DNA of 64,000 nt from Candidatus Daviesbacteria bacterium (GTDB lineage: Bacteria; Patescibacteriota; Microgenomatia; Daviesbacterales; UBA10151). Below, in pieces: positions 40,801-47,607 of this stretch. The stretch lies in the NCBI GenBank assembly GCA_016195715.1, contig JACPZA010000026.1, positions 20,222 to 84,221 of the forward strand. Reading direction: 5' to 3'. The position numbers and the translations under genes were made by a program. The notes under the pieces are model-generated. The model was not told the origin of the DNA. It was given only the letters and a program-made list of their open reading frames with translations, and did not search any database. Within the stretch, counting starts at the first letter, position 1; each line of letters opens with the position of its first letter.

Positions 40801-42032
40801 GTCCAATTAAAAAAGGCGATTTATTAACAACCTCTTCAACTTTGGGAGTTGCTATGAAAGCTACTCATGCAGGGATGGTTATAGGCACAGCTTTGGAAGA
40901 TTTTGATGGATCAGTAAAAGTCTCAGCAGATACTCTATCCCAAGAAAATCACAGATTAACAGATCATCCAGATTACCCTGTTTATCACTCTGATCCTGCA
41001 AAATGGCCAGAGGGAGTTGGAAAAATCTCAGTTTTAGCAAGAGTTAGCTTTGCAGATCCAGCAAACTTACTGGCTAGTTTAGCTATCAGTTCAGATGGAA
41101 CTTTAATTACTCATGATTTAACTGTTGATAAAATTACTATAAATTCTAAGCTAGAATTAAATGGTACTTTAGTGGTTAACGGCACAAATGTTGATCCTCA
41201 AGCTTTAATAACTGCTGGAAATTTAGCATCTTCGGTAGATGATTTAAACTCTACCATTGCTACCCAATCTGGTCAGTTAGCAAACTTAAGTTCACAAGTT
41301 GCAGGAGTTGCCACTCAATCTGCAAATCTAGCTCAAAATTTAGCTTCAGAGTCAGCCTCACTTGCTAATTTAAACTCTCAAGTCTCTCAAGTATCCAGTT
41401 CATCTGCGTCTTTAACAACTCAAGTTGCATCAAATTCTGCTCAAATTGCCGCAGTTCAATCAGATTTAGATTTGATTAAATTAAAACTTAACTCAACAGA
41501 CTCTTCTAGCTCTGGTCAGCTAATTAGCTTAAATGTCCAAGAAGCAACAGTCTCTGGGATATTTAGATCACTTGGAGATACCTTCCTAGCTAAAACCAAT
41601 GTAGCTGGGGATATCACCCAAGATGGCACACTGTCAATTGAAGGTGGCAAATCAATTAACGCTTTGCCAACGCTATATTTCCAAAACTCATTAATAGCCG
41701 AAACTGTTGATTTCTTTAATGGTTTAATTACTTTTGATAAAACTGGTAAAGTCACTTTGCAAAAACTAGTCATCCCAGATACCAAATTAGCGACCCTTAA
41801 CTCTGATCCAACTATTGGTTCTGGAAAGATTATTTCTGGACAAACTTCAGTTATCATTAATAATAATCAGGTTAGTTCAACTGCTAAAATCTTTGTCACA
41901 GCCAGAAGTAAGATTGGTTCCCAAGCTTTGGTAGTTGAGTCAGTTAACCCAGGGAATAGCTTTATTGTTAGCTTAGATCATGCACTAGGAAATGATTTAA
42001 TCTTTGATTGGTGGATTGTTGAGACTAAGTAA
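31854..42032 (+). CDS. Giant (3392 aa) membrane protein: cytoplasmic N-terminal MerR-type HTH, single TM, very large Thr/Gly/Ser-rich repetitive extracellular region, coiled coil, conserved C-terminal domain
   Basis: HTH IKIGEASKLLGVHIDTLRRWEAKGKIKSIRTPGRTRLY; TM ISEVLFACLILLSLSSYFVL (aa ~118-140); long internal repeats; Gly-rich block; periodic Y-G repeats; heptad-like repeats near 41200-41500; C-terminus paralogous to the 57477 ORF. Confidence 0.8.
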   Translation: MNTTLPNNTSKKFIKIGEASKLLGVHIDTLRRWEAKGKIKSIRTPGRTRLYSFDQIKQVNQESLAETNPLTLNTEQLLDRAESQPEVTKDYDREIPADLDKSNQLDQISQNISNNSIKPTLISEVLFACLILLSLSSYFVLKEVNGQRSLILGLKQTQEKIANLIFPSHSSSPISKDAGLIGLNPNLVASKNDLNKGAVLAASASANFLELNSDSVINGSLAVSSDATFSGKITAPNVIYGLTPGSNITITQGQNPTISVSSIVSSLQGSTGAISLVAGTDISISGLTISNSSTLSSTRGRGGCDSCIKDSDVDNGLTISSSGSVDAGALTGTIASGRISGSYTGITGVGTIATGVWNGTVIGPTFGGTGLTSFTTGDTLYASATNTLSKLGIGTSGQVLTVSSGIPAWTTIGASSCPTCVLTNPSSSQTITNASSTGFTITQASTAGSADIFDVTNNAGTTKYLQIDSSGNASFAGTVTSSSTLTASNGLTQTTGALTLTATSGTLTLSGLSASSISFGSNNVTFTSGNFNTTSTGINSTAVGATTASTGAFTTLSATPGSDTTGLTVTGTNVTSANLVLLSAKNTSGNILAISYPSAATLATSGTFNALDFDIRTNVTATNANISGVTVKLPSVTVSSASTKNILGWNSNNTTQTLTTSNASAVGSYIGYYASNPAIVGTSGSASSYGFNALTGTITTTGTQAGFFADLTSSTVTTAGTVYGLLVNPPTTTSAGGTYYGASIGNITTSNGTDTAISIGTGWDADLAFVSTAPKITIGNTGTLSFTDGTNTLCSIADAGTTGNLTCSGNITGASTGTVGYWSRSGTTLSPATSGDAVTTSGNISTSGSGTITSASTLTASNGLTLTTGALSLTATSGSIALTGFGTTSITSTTTTGNINTLADSSFAVAAAATGNLVNLTFTNGSTSTSGTATTTGLNIAATNNAAGASGTHETYGIRLQNIAGTAGAGTQNNYGVRIGNYGQSSAETSYGLYVDAQSGSGTANYAAIFAGGNVGIGTTAPGAQLDILAAASTKGIRAQSSAASASSGNGAAAQNILDVLGATGQETTGTTGQTAGAGGSIFLTGGLGGQASGASGSNTGGLGGQVSIDGGAGGAATSGTSGAGGGVTIGGGNSDSSGGAGGAISISGGLGHGAQNGGGVNIVSGDANDTGNGGSITITSGLGGGTSGNSGTLTLDTGTVTSGTVGSVVINTGGVQAAAFNSSQNLTLNGTTITASSLTTLTTSSSLALNGASTITTNQASLTLFNATATTVSAFGAATTLSMATSNTASTLNLVTGTGGNTINIGSGTIATGNTQTIHLGDAATGTGKDVITIGNTNGASSLALNAGSGGITLTNATTTATTFASTTTNADKIAIAPSTGGSNSFTATISSADLTVGNQTFNFPDLAAATSATICVSGQTCASSGTLGYWSRSGTTLSPATANDIVSIANTTTSGADLAVTNTGIYTGTGLVNITANSATTGDILALSATALTSGSELVITGPSGGTAGVTDAAIKLTSDVGNIGTSNGLISSAATIDSTAASANGINLYLTTTNSNGTNANTAYGIYNSLSDAIALGNTNYGIYNNLSNTGVTSSNKTIYGNYSTVANTGATGGTQTTYGGYFLSDGDKGGTSTVYGVYARAGKYNGAGGGDNNYGGYFEGYNDSGTGTSLYGTYSYGLVGSGNVPNIYGAYNFGSFVGSGGSGSSMYGAYNKTTNDSANSFGTAYGSYNTVTDGGASNITTAYASYNLIDNQVSSTYTTAYGSYIGVTSSGTITTGYGLYINTIAGSTNYGLYQASSTNNNYFAGNVGIGTDTTPTEGTLTLASTSNTVPVVSLTNNTVTTLGAGVNTTGVLDLQSTTLTTGNFLNIETNALTTGKTVNTTSTSNAYTSGNLLYTDLTQSAATGTSVSGNIGSISFNPTYSTAITTPAISGNVLNIARSSTTNSSFASTLTVSGAVASISDTSTQTTGTLTNTANVLALTQNYSSATGNVLSIADSATHASGGSSLLVTANALTTGTGVSITSSSLTSGKLVSITPTFAGSAVTGYGLYNAGTDSTANANIDYGYYGSLALTGNAGKTGYGIYSTITNTSTTAATQYAGYFNLSNTGVVTATGDNNYGIYSSATRTGSTTAGTTNTYGGYFTTTADAGGASTTNAYGIYATATGGDNNYAGYFDVANTGQVYINSTLSGGARSVPQMTITQANAGNSSSSNLLELINLDQDTAPAPLDIDNRATLPTFINLHSNAAVALSGSSATGINVDLKSNYSISNATTGVVAYQGTLPSNTSTCSGCTFTYQGLEVSQTTLSQSTNASTHNSNLVDLTLPNITQTTGTITANGVLATNGTITTAGTENSFKGVLGTITTAGTQNGVNIDFSGSTITTAGTVNGVLLTPPTTTSTGGTYNGINIGNITTSNGTDTAISIGTGWDTGILGAGALTIKSTSGDLGLSTVTSGNITLAPASTGSVQLTSGVTTGTTTSSALSIVANSLSSGTGFNISSSANSLTGSLTNISSTGTTAGINANSAGGSTGTAQAISVSNLAADASNFSAATSITFTNVSSNTTGTSAVSGYTIIGTINATGASGAKTASGTSVVAPTLTGCGSGTSTCTWNGVGSSLTNLGGGFGGFTENAFNVNSATATSGTIRGINLVGIGSPGAGTEIAINASAGWDTILNVAGAFTQAASSTDTGVSLDFSSMTAAVGSATNLTGTTFLTPAITETGNFAHTYLGYDIPTTGNIINQGTSTFAFTGYDLSGSGTVTQNTAAGTINWRGVNINLPAITQTTGTITADGVRVLIPATGSITTGGTMNGINVVAPTTNSNAAGTLNGVNIANLTVGTGGTGNNALTIGSGWGKQINGNQFSVDGSGILTLDLATTSSNGVCHTNSGTGTAEVLLDCTGTITDYAEVYATTGNSEPGDILATTDQPLVLDKSNSSYQQNIIGAISTNPNDPIGQTFATNQNPQPIGLSGRIPIKVSLENGPIKKGDLLTTSSTLGVAMKATHAGMVIGTALEDFDGSVKVSADTLSQENHRLTDHPDYPVYHSDPAKWPEGVGKISVLARVSFADPANLLASLAISSDGTLITHDLTVDKITINSKLELNGTLVVNGTNVDPQALITAGNLASSVDDLNSTIATQSGQLANLSSQVAGVATQSANLAQNLASESASLANLNSQVSQVSSSSASLTTQVASNSAQIAAVQSDLDLIKLKLNSTDSSSSGQLISLNVQEATVSGIFRSLGDTFLAKTNVAGDITQDGTLSIEGGKSINALPTLYFQNSLIAETVDFFNGLITFDKTGKVTLQKLVIPDTKLATLNSDPTIGSGKIISGQTSVIINNNQVSSTAKIFVTARSKIGSQALVVESVNPGNSFIVSLDHALGNDLIFDWWIVETK
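34085..34148 (+). repeat. ~64-bp near-identical intragenic repeat, copy 1 (copy 2 at 39087-39150); part of a ~75-aa protein-level repeat (...NITTSNGTDTAISIGTGWD...)
   Basis: aatataaccacttctaatggaacagatac[a/t]gctattagtattggaac[a/c]ggttgggat seen at both sites. Confidence 0.75.
34311..34351 (+). repeat. 41-bp exact direct repeat, copy 1 (copy 2 at 36141-36181), inside the giant gene; encodes GYWSRSGTTLSPAT
   Basis: ggttattggtctaggtctggtactactctgtctcctgctac is identical at both positions. Confidence 0.85.
36141..36181 (+). repeat. 41-bp exact direct repeat, copy 2 (copy 1 at 34311-34351)
   Basis: Identical to 34311-34351. Confidence 0.85.
39087..39150 (+). repeat. ~64-bp near-identical intragenic repeat, copy 2
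   Basis: See copy 1 at 34085-34148. Confidence 0.75.
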
Positions 42033-42081
42033 GATCTTTATAAACTAAGTTTTCAAGCTCTGCTTATCAGCAAGCTGTAAG

Positions 42082-42999
42082 CTACGACAAGCTCTGCTTA
42101 TAGTAATCAATTGTTTTTTTGAGTCCTGCATCTAAATCCACTTTAGTTTGCCAACCAGTTTTTTGTTTTAAAAGCTGGCTTGATGCATAATTTGCTGCTA
42201 CATCACCAGCCCGCTCACCAAGCTGATCAATTTCAAGCTTATATCCTAATATATCAGATACTTTATTTAATATATCAATTACTTTAATACCTTTGTCTCC
42301 TCCAACATTAAAAATATTTAAACCAGTTAAGTTAATTGTGGCTGTATGGGCCTCTGCTAAATCTTCAATATATATAAAATCTCTAATTTGTTCACCTTGC
42401 CAAAAAACTGGAATTGGTTTTTTATTTAACGCGGCCTTAATAATACTGGGGATAGCATGAGTTTCCGGACTGTGCATCTCACCTGGTCCATAGGGGTTAA
42501 AATAGCGCAAAATTGTTACATCAAAGTCATAGAGAAAGTGGTATGTTGTAATAAAACTTTCTGAGGCAATTTTACTGGCTCCATAAGGATTATTGGCCAA
42601 AATTGGAGAGCTTTCTGTTAAAGGTAATTTAGTTGGTGGCCCATAAACAGTTGCACTGGATGAGAAAATTATTTTTTTCACCTTGGCAGTTTTCATAGAT
42701 TCTAGTAGATGAATTGTGCCTAAAATATTATTTTCAGCAAAGAGCAGGGGGTTTTTCACTGACTCTGAAACCTCAATTAATGAAGCAAAATGCATTACTA
42801 AATCAACTCCTGATAAGCATTCTGTGAGCTTAGTTTGATCTTTTAAATCACCTTCAATAAACTCAGCCCTTGGATCAATAAATTCTATTTTTGATTTGGA
42901 TAAATTGTCAAAAATTATAACCTCATGATTTTGATCCAAAAGTAATTTGGCAACATGAGATCCAATAAAACCAGCTCCACCAGTGATCAAAATCTTCAT
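42082..42999 (-). CDS. galE: UDP-glucose 4-epimerase / NAD-dependent sugar epimerase
   Basis: MKILITGGAGFIGSH Rossmann motif; YGASK catalytic motif. Confidence 0.8.
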   Translation of the reverse strand: MKILITGGAGFIGSHVAKLLLDQNHEVIIFDNLSKSKIEFIDPRAEFIEGDLKDQTKLTECLSGVDLVMHFASLIEVSESVKNPLLFAENNILGTIHLLESMKTAKVKKIIFSSSATVYGPPTKLPLTESSPILANNPYGASKIASESFITTYHFLYDFDVTILRYFNPYGPGEMHSPETHAIPSIIKAALNKKPIPVFWQGEQIRDFIYIEDLAEAHTATINLTGLNIFNVGGDKGIKVIDILNKVSDILGYKLEIDQLGERAGDVAANYASSQLLKQKTGWQTKVDLDAGLKKTIDYYKQSLS

Positions 43000-44012
43000 C
43001 GCTTAGAGACACTCCTTTTATATAAATCTAAATTTTCTAAAGCCATACCAGTACCTAGTACTACTGAGAGTAACGGATTTTCAGCTGTATGACAAGGTAC
43101 ACCAGTCTCATCTGTCAGTAATTTATCTAAGTTATTTAAAAGTGATGTTCCACCAGACATAACTATCCCTTTATCTATAATATCAGATGCTAGCTCTGGT
43201 GGTGTTTGTTCTAAAACTCCTTTAACTGCCCCAACTATTTTTTTTAATGGATCAGACATAGCCTCTGTAATCTCATCTGAGTTTAAAACTACAGTCCTAG
43301 GTAACCCAGTTGGAGCATCTCTGCCTCTAACCTCCATCTGAGGAGGGGTACCAGACTTTGAATAAACAGCATTTCCGATTCTAATTTTAATCTCTTCAGA
43401 TTGGCGCTCACCAATAATTAAATTATATTTTTTTCTAATATAACTTTGGATTGCCTCATCAAGCTTATTTCCACCAACTCTGACACTATTATGTACCACT
43501 ACCCCACCCAAGCAAATCACTGCGGCTTCAACTGTTCCTCCACCAATATCCACAATCATGTTCCCAGATGGATTAGCAATTGGAATATTTGAACCAATTG
43601 CAGCAGCTAATGGTTCATCAATTAAAAAAGCAGTTTTTGCACCGGCTGATAAAGTGGCATCCAAAACTGCTCTTCTTTCAACAGAGGTTACCCCGGCTGG
43701 AACACAAACCATCACCTCGGGCTTAAAAAACCTAGTTCCTCCACAAACTCGATCAATAAAATAACTGAGCATAGCTTCTGTGATTACATAGTCTGCAATA
43801 ACTCCATCTTTCATCGGACGAGAAGCGCTAATATTACCAGGAGTTCGACCTAACATCTCTTTAGCTTCATTTCCAACTGCTAAAACTCGGTTATCATCAG
43901 TTGAAATTGCTACTACGGTTGGTTCATTCAAAACAATTCCCACTCCAGCTACATAAACTAGTGAGTTTGCAGTACCAAGGTCAATACCGATTCTTTTACT
44001 AAAGTTGAACAT
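42996..44012 (-). CDS. mreB: Rod shape-determining protein MreB
   Basis: IGIDLGTANSLVYV, DIGGGTVEAAVI, actin-fold phosphate motifs; 338 aa. Confidence 0.9.
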   Translation of the reverse strand: MFNFSKRIGIDLGTANSLVYVAGVGIVLNEPTVVAISTDDNRVLAVGNEAKEMLGRTPGNISASRPMKDGVIADYVITEAMLSYFIDRVCGGTRFFKPEVMVCVPAGVTSVERRAVLDATLSAGAKTAFLIDEPLAAAIGSNIPIANPSGNMIVDIGGGTVEAAVICLGGVVVHNSVRVGGNKLDEAIQSYIRKKYNLIIGERQSEEIKIRIGNAVYSKSGTPPQMEVRGRDAPTGLPRTVVLNSDEITEAMSDPLKKIVGAVKGVLEQTPPELASDIIDKGIVMSGGTSLLNNLDKLLTDETGVPCHTAENPLLSVVLGTGMALENLDLYKRSVSKR

Positions 44013-44105
44013 TGTGAGATGTAATCAGAAGTTTACCTTACCAAAAACCTAGTCACAAGATATACAAAGTAGGTCAAATTAGAGCAGAGTTATTTGAACT
44101 CTAAC

Positions 44106-45326
44106 TTATTTTAGGTTGATTCCATATAAATTAGGTTGTTCTGCAGTGGGAGTTGGAAGTGAAGAGATAATCATTAGTCTTGAGCCATCTGGCCAAGGAT
44201 AAGCGACTTTAGGATTAAAATTGCCAGCAAAAATTACTGATTGATTACTTCCGTCAAATTCTACTACTGAAATTTTATCTTTATTAACCAAAACTAAATG
44301 TCTAGAATCTGGTAACCAAGCCACAAATTGAGTCTTCGGTAAGTTATAAGTTTTTCGATCAGTCAAATCAGCAATTTTAAAATTAAAAGTTTGACCAAAG
44401 TTTTTATCTGCTGAGACTTCAGATAAATTGGCACTACTGCTTGAACTTAAATCATCATAATTTTCTAAAAGTGAAGTTTTTTGATCAGAATACAAAAATT
44501 TAGTTTCATCTGGTGACCAAATTAAAGTGGCTGAATTTGAAGCTATATTTCTTAAATTAAGATCTTTAATTGCTAAAATTGCAGCTGAATCTTTAACTTT
44601 AGCTTCATCTTTCCAACCATTTAAAGTCGGATTCAAAATTGGAGTAATATCTCTGGGGTTGTCATTTAGTTGGTTTGGATCAAGTAATAAATTTCGATCA
44701 GGCAAAGAAAAAAGTAGTTGGCTAGAATCTGGAGAAAAATGAAAACTCCCTTTAGAAAAATCTAGCCCTGGAAGACTTTGCATAATTTGGTGAGGCTCAT
44801 TACCTCTAGCAAAAGCAAGCTGTTTTTCTGACATTGTCCAAACCCAAATCCCAGATTTTTTAGCTTGATTTAATGTTTGATCTGAACTTACTGGAACCAC
44901 AAAGACAAGTTTTTGCCCATCTGGTGATAAAACTGGATTTAGTACGCCATTATAAGTTAGCGGATAAACTGTGGGGATAGCTGGAAAAAGTGTAGCTTTA
45001 ATATCTGTCACTAACCCAACTTTCACCTCAACTTGTTTCTCCCAAGCAATGAAACCATCTTTTTGAATTTTAACCTTATAGGTTTTAGGGACTAAAGAGT
45101 TAATGTTAGCATTTGTGGCTGTAATTAAGTGATCATCCAAAAAAACTGAGGCTTGATCTGGAACTGAGGTGATAGAGATAATTCCTGTTCCAGAAAAACT
45201 CACTTTTTCTGGGGAAAATCTATAACCCTTAGCCAAAAATATAGCCACAGATGCAATCACTGCAATTACTAAACCAATTAAAAGAGTAAATAAAAAGTTC
45301 CGACTGACTTTTAAATTTTTCACCAT
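44106..45326 (-). CDS. Membrane-anchored PEGA-domain + TolB-like beta-propeller protein
   Basis: N-terminal TM; PEGA-like ISITSVPDQASVFLDDHLITATNANINSLVPKTYKVKIQKDGF; repeated SPDGxxLVF / SPDxxxLLF / WPDGSRL blades. Confidence 0.5.
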   Translation of the reverse strand: MVKNLKVSRNFLFTLLIGLVIAVIASVAIFLAKGYRFSPEKVSFSGTGIISITSVPDQASVFLDDHLITATNANINSLVPKTYKVKIQKDGFIAWEKQVEVKVGLVTDIKATLFPAIPTVYPLTYNGVLNPVLSPDGQKLVFVVPVSSDQTLNQAKKSGIWVWTMSEKQLAFARGNEPHQIMQSLPGLDFSKGSFHFSPDSSQLLFSLPDRNLLLDPNQLNDNPRDITPILNPTLNGWKDEAKVKDSAAILAIKDLNLRNIASNSATLIWSPDETKFLYSDQKTSLLENYDDLSSSSSANLSEVSADKNFGQTFNFKIADLTDRKTYNLPKTQFVAWLPDSRHLVLVNKDKISVVEFDGSNQSVIFAGNFNPKVAYPWPDGSRLMIISSLPTPTAEQPNLYGINLK

Positions 45327-45357
45327 AAATTTAAACTTTTAATATTATATCAAGTTG

Positions 45358-45430
45358 CGCTCCTGGAGGGAATCGAACCCCCGACCAACCGATTAGGACT
45401 CGGCCGTTCTATCCACTGAACTACAGGAGC
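45358..45430 (-). tRNA. tRNA-Arg (anticodon CCU)
   Basis: Hand-folded cloverleaf: acceptor GCUCCUG/CAGGAGC, D-arm GUUC/GAAC, anticodon stem GCCGA/UCGGU with loop GUCCUAA, T-arm GGGGG-UUCGAUU-CCCUC, discriminator G. Confidence 0.8.
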
Positions 45431-45432
45431 AT

Positions 45433-46059
45433 TTAATTTAAATTCTCAAAAACTGCTTTATTTATACCCTTAATCTTTTTTAAAATATCTCCTCCCTTAG
45501 ATATTCTCACTCTACACATTCCATATTCCAATTTACCTTTCTTTTTTCCTTGTAAGACATTGAATCCCTTGATGTTTTCCTTGGGTATTCTAACTACTTT
45601 TGACCAAAAATCCAAACATTTTTCTTTATCCAAATCTTCATAAATCCTTATATTTACAAAAAATTTATTATCTTCTAAATTAAAAACCTCACGTAGACTC
45701 TGAATGAAAACACTAATAAGATTAGGGTCAGTATTGGACAAACTAAAGTCCCTTTTATTTCCCTCAGCCCAATAGAGAGCCGACAAAATTAGTAATTTTT
45801 CTTTTTTAGATAAGTTGTTAACTAATTTTTTTCCTTCTTCGAATGCCTGAGATTCTTTTAATAATCTCTTCTTTCTGCTTCCTCCTCTTTTTCCAGCCCA
45901 CTGCGCTAGATAATCTGGTAAAATCTCTACTCCCTGCACATATCTTAAAACGCTAGTCTTAGAGACTGCAACTTGGTTACTTATTTCTGGAACACTGTGG
46001 CCTTGGCTCCTTAAAAACCTAATTTCTTTTATTACATCTTTCCTTATCTTTTGAGGCAT
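45433..46059 (-). CDS. HTH (resolvase/terminase-small-like) + LAGLIDADG-like domain protein; possible homing endonuclease or regulator
   Basis: N-terminal IRFLRSQGHSVPEISNQVAVSKTSVLRYV HTH; LLILSALYWAEGNKRD resembles a LAGLIDADG core; sits between two tRNA genes. Confidence 0.35.
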   Translation of the reverse strand: MPQKIRKDVIKEIRFLRSQGHSVPEISNQVAVSKTSVLRYVQGVEILPDYLAQWAGKRGGSRKKRLLKESQAFEEGKKLVNNLSKKEKLLILSALYWAEGNKRDFSLSNTDPNLISVFIQSLREVFNLEDNKFFVNIRIYEDLDKEKCLDFWSKVVRIPKENIKGFNVLQGKKKGKLEYGMCRVRISKGGDILKKIKGINKAVFENLN

Positions 46060-46169
46060 AAATTAAATATATTGGACAATACAAAACTAATCAAGTACTA
46101 AGTTGATTTATCCATAAAATTTACAAAACATATTTTATTTGATATTAATTGAGTATAATTTGGAAATCA

Positions 46170-46244
46170 CGGGGATTAGCGCAGTGGTAGCGCGCACGAT
46201 TCGGGATCGTGAGGTCGACAGTTCAAATCTGTCATCCCCGACCA
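46170..46244 (+). tRNA. tRNA-Pro (anticodon CGG), CCA encoded
   Basis: Acceptor CGGGGAU/AUCCCCG, D-arm GCGC-AGUGGUA-GCGC, anticodon stem CACGA/UCGUG loop UUCGGGA, T-arm GACAG-UUCAAAU-CUGUC, discriminator A, CCA. Confidence 0.85.
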
Positions 46245-46246
46245 AT

Positions 46247-46759
46247 TTAGCTAGGAAACCAAAGTTTAATTTCACGCTCAGCCTCATCAAGTTCTCCAGA
46301 GGCATGAATTAAATTATAGACAGCTCTATCTTCTTGATTAGATTTTTCAAAAGAATCCTCACCTAAATCTCCTCTAATTGTGCCTTTTGGAGAAGTTGAG
46401 GGATCGGTTTTACCAGTTATCTCTCTAACTAAAACAACTGCATTTTCGCCTTCTAAAAGTATTTTAACAATTGGTCCAGAGATTAAAAATTTTTGTAAAT
46501 CTTCAACTATTTTATAGCTTTTTTGATATTTTTCCTCAATTTGTTCATTACTCCAACCAGTTGTATCAACATGTCCTAAATGAATAATATAATCTCTATT
46601 ATTGAGTTGATAATGCTCGCTAACAGTTGCCTGATCTGCAGTTAGCATCTCTAAAGCTTTGACTTTTAAACCTCTGTCTTCAAAGCGTTTGATAATCTCG
46701 CCAATTAAATTGCGCTTAACTCCATCTGGCTTTATCAGTACTAATGTTTTTTCAATCAT
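46247..46759 (-). CDS. ndk: Nucleoside diphosphate kinase
   Basis: MIEKTLVLIKPDGVKRNLIGEIIKRFEDRGLKV; NLIHASGELDEAEREIKLWF matches the NDK C-terminal motif. Confidence 0.85.
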   Translation of the reverse strand: MIEKTLVLIKPDGVKRNLIGEIIKRFEDRGLKVKALEMLTADQATVSEHYQLNNRDYIIHLGHVDTTGWSNEQIEEKYQKSYKIVEDLQKFLISGPIVKILLEGENAVVLVREITGKTDPSTSPKGTIRGDLGEDSFEKSNQEDRAVYNLIHASGELDEAEREIKLWFPS

Positions 46760-47607
46760 TTGATCTCAGTATCTTGGATATTGTAGCTACCATCTTCAAA
46801 AACGTCAACAATCGCAAATCTAGGCGCTTGAGCATTTCTTGAGGATGTAATTGCCCCAACTGTAGTCATTTTCAGATTAGTTTTGGGCTCAGAGTAACTA
46901 GTATAGAAATGAGTGTCTCCGGCAATAACTTCGCTAACATTACTTTCTTTAAACAAATTAATTAGTCTTTCAGCTTGGGCTCTAAGCTTTGGATCAAGCT
47001 TACCCATAATATGATCGGATGATGGGTGAAAAAATGGTGAGCTGGTTAAAACAAAAATTAACTTAGGCTTATCAGTTTGGGTTCTATTTAGCTCATCTTT
47101 AATCCAACTTTCTTCTAACTCATCAATCCCTAAATAGTTATCACTATCACCTAATCCAATAATAAACTTTACTCCAGCATCTTTAGCTTGGTTTAGGGCT
47201 TTAGCTAAATCTTGGTTATCGTTGTGTGAATCAGTTACCACAGCAAATTTAAAAGCTACCGGCGAACTAGACACAGGTTTACTCGTTTTTCCTAAAATAG
47301 TTGCATTTGAATCATTATTTGCAGTTAAATCTTTTTTAATTAATTTTTTTGCTTGATCTAATGATTGATTTGGACTGAGTGTAAAAATTCCAGTAATTAA
47401 TTTATATGCCTCATCTGAAGAAAGTATATTAGCAAAAATAGCTTTGGGATCAGCTTTAAGTGGATCAATACCAGAGAAACTTTTGTAAGCTTGATAAATC
47501 CCAAGTAATAAAACAGCCATAATTACAAAGCTCAAGATTAACCTAAACAGGCTAAAAAGTGGTTTTAGCGGCGAAGATGATCTTCTACCTTCATATGATC
47601 TAAACAT
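46756..47607 (-). CDS. Membrane-anchored calcineurin-like metallophosphoesterase
   Basis: N-terminal TM; motifs IIGLGDSDN and VIAGDTHFY (GD...D / GDxH). Confidence 0.5.
   Translation of the reverse strand: MFRSYEGRRSSSPLKPLFSLFRLILSFVIMAVLLLGIYQAYKSFSGIDPLKADPKAIFANILSSDEAYKLITGIFTLSPNQSLDQAKKLIKKDLTANNDSNATILGKTSKPVSSSPVAFKFAVVTDSHNDNQDLAKALNQAKDAGVKFIIGLGDSDNYLGIDELEESWIKDELNRTQTDKPKLIFVLTSSPFFHPSSDHIMGKLDPKLRAQAERLINLFKESNVSEVIAGDTHFYTSYSEPKTNLKMTTVGAITSSRNAQAPRFAIVDVFEDGSYNIQDTEIK

Noticed and set aside
42033-42110. Direct repeat caagctctgcttat x2 between the convergent giant gene and galE, as a possible bidirectional terminator
   Set aside because: The repeats do not form a convincing GC-rich hairpin with a U-tract on either strand; function unclear.
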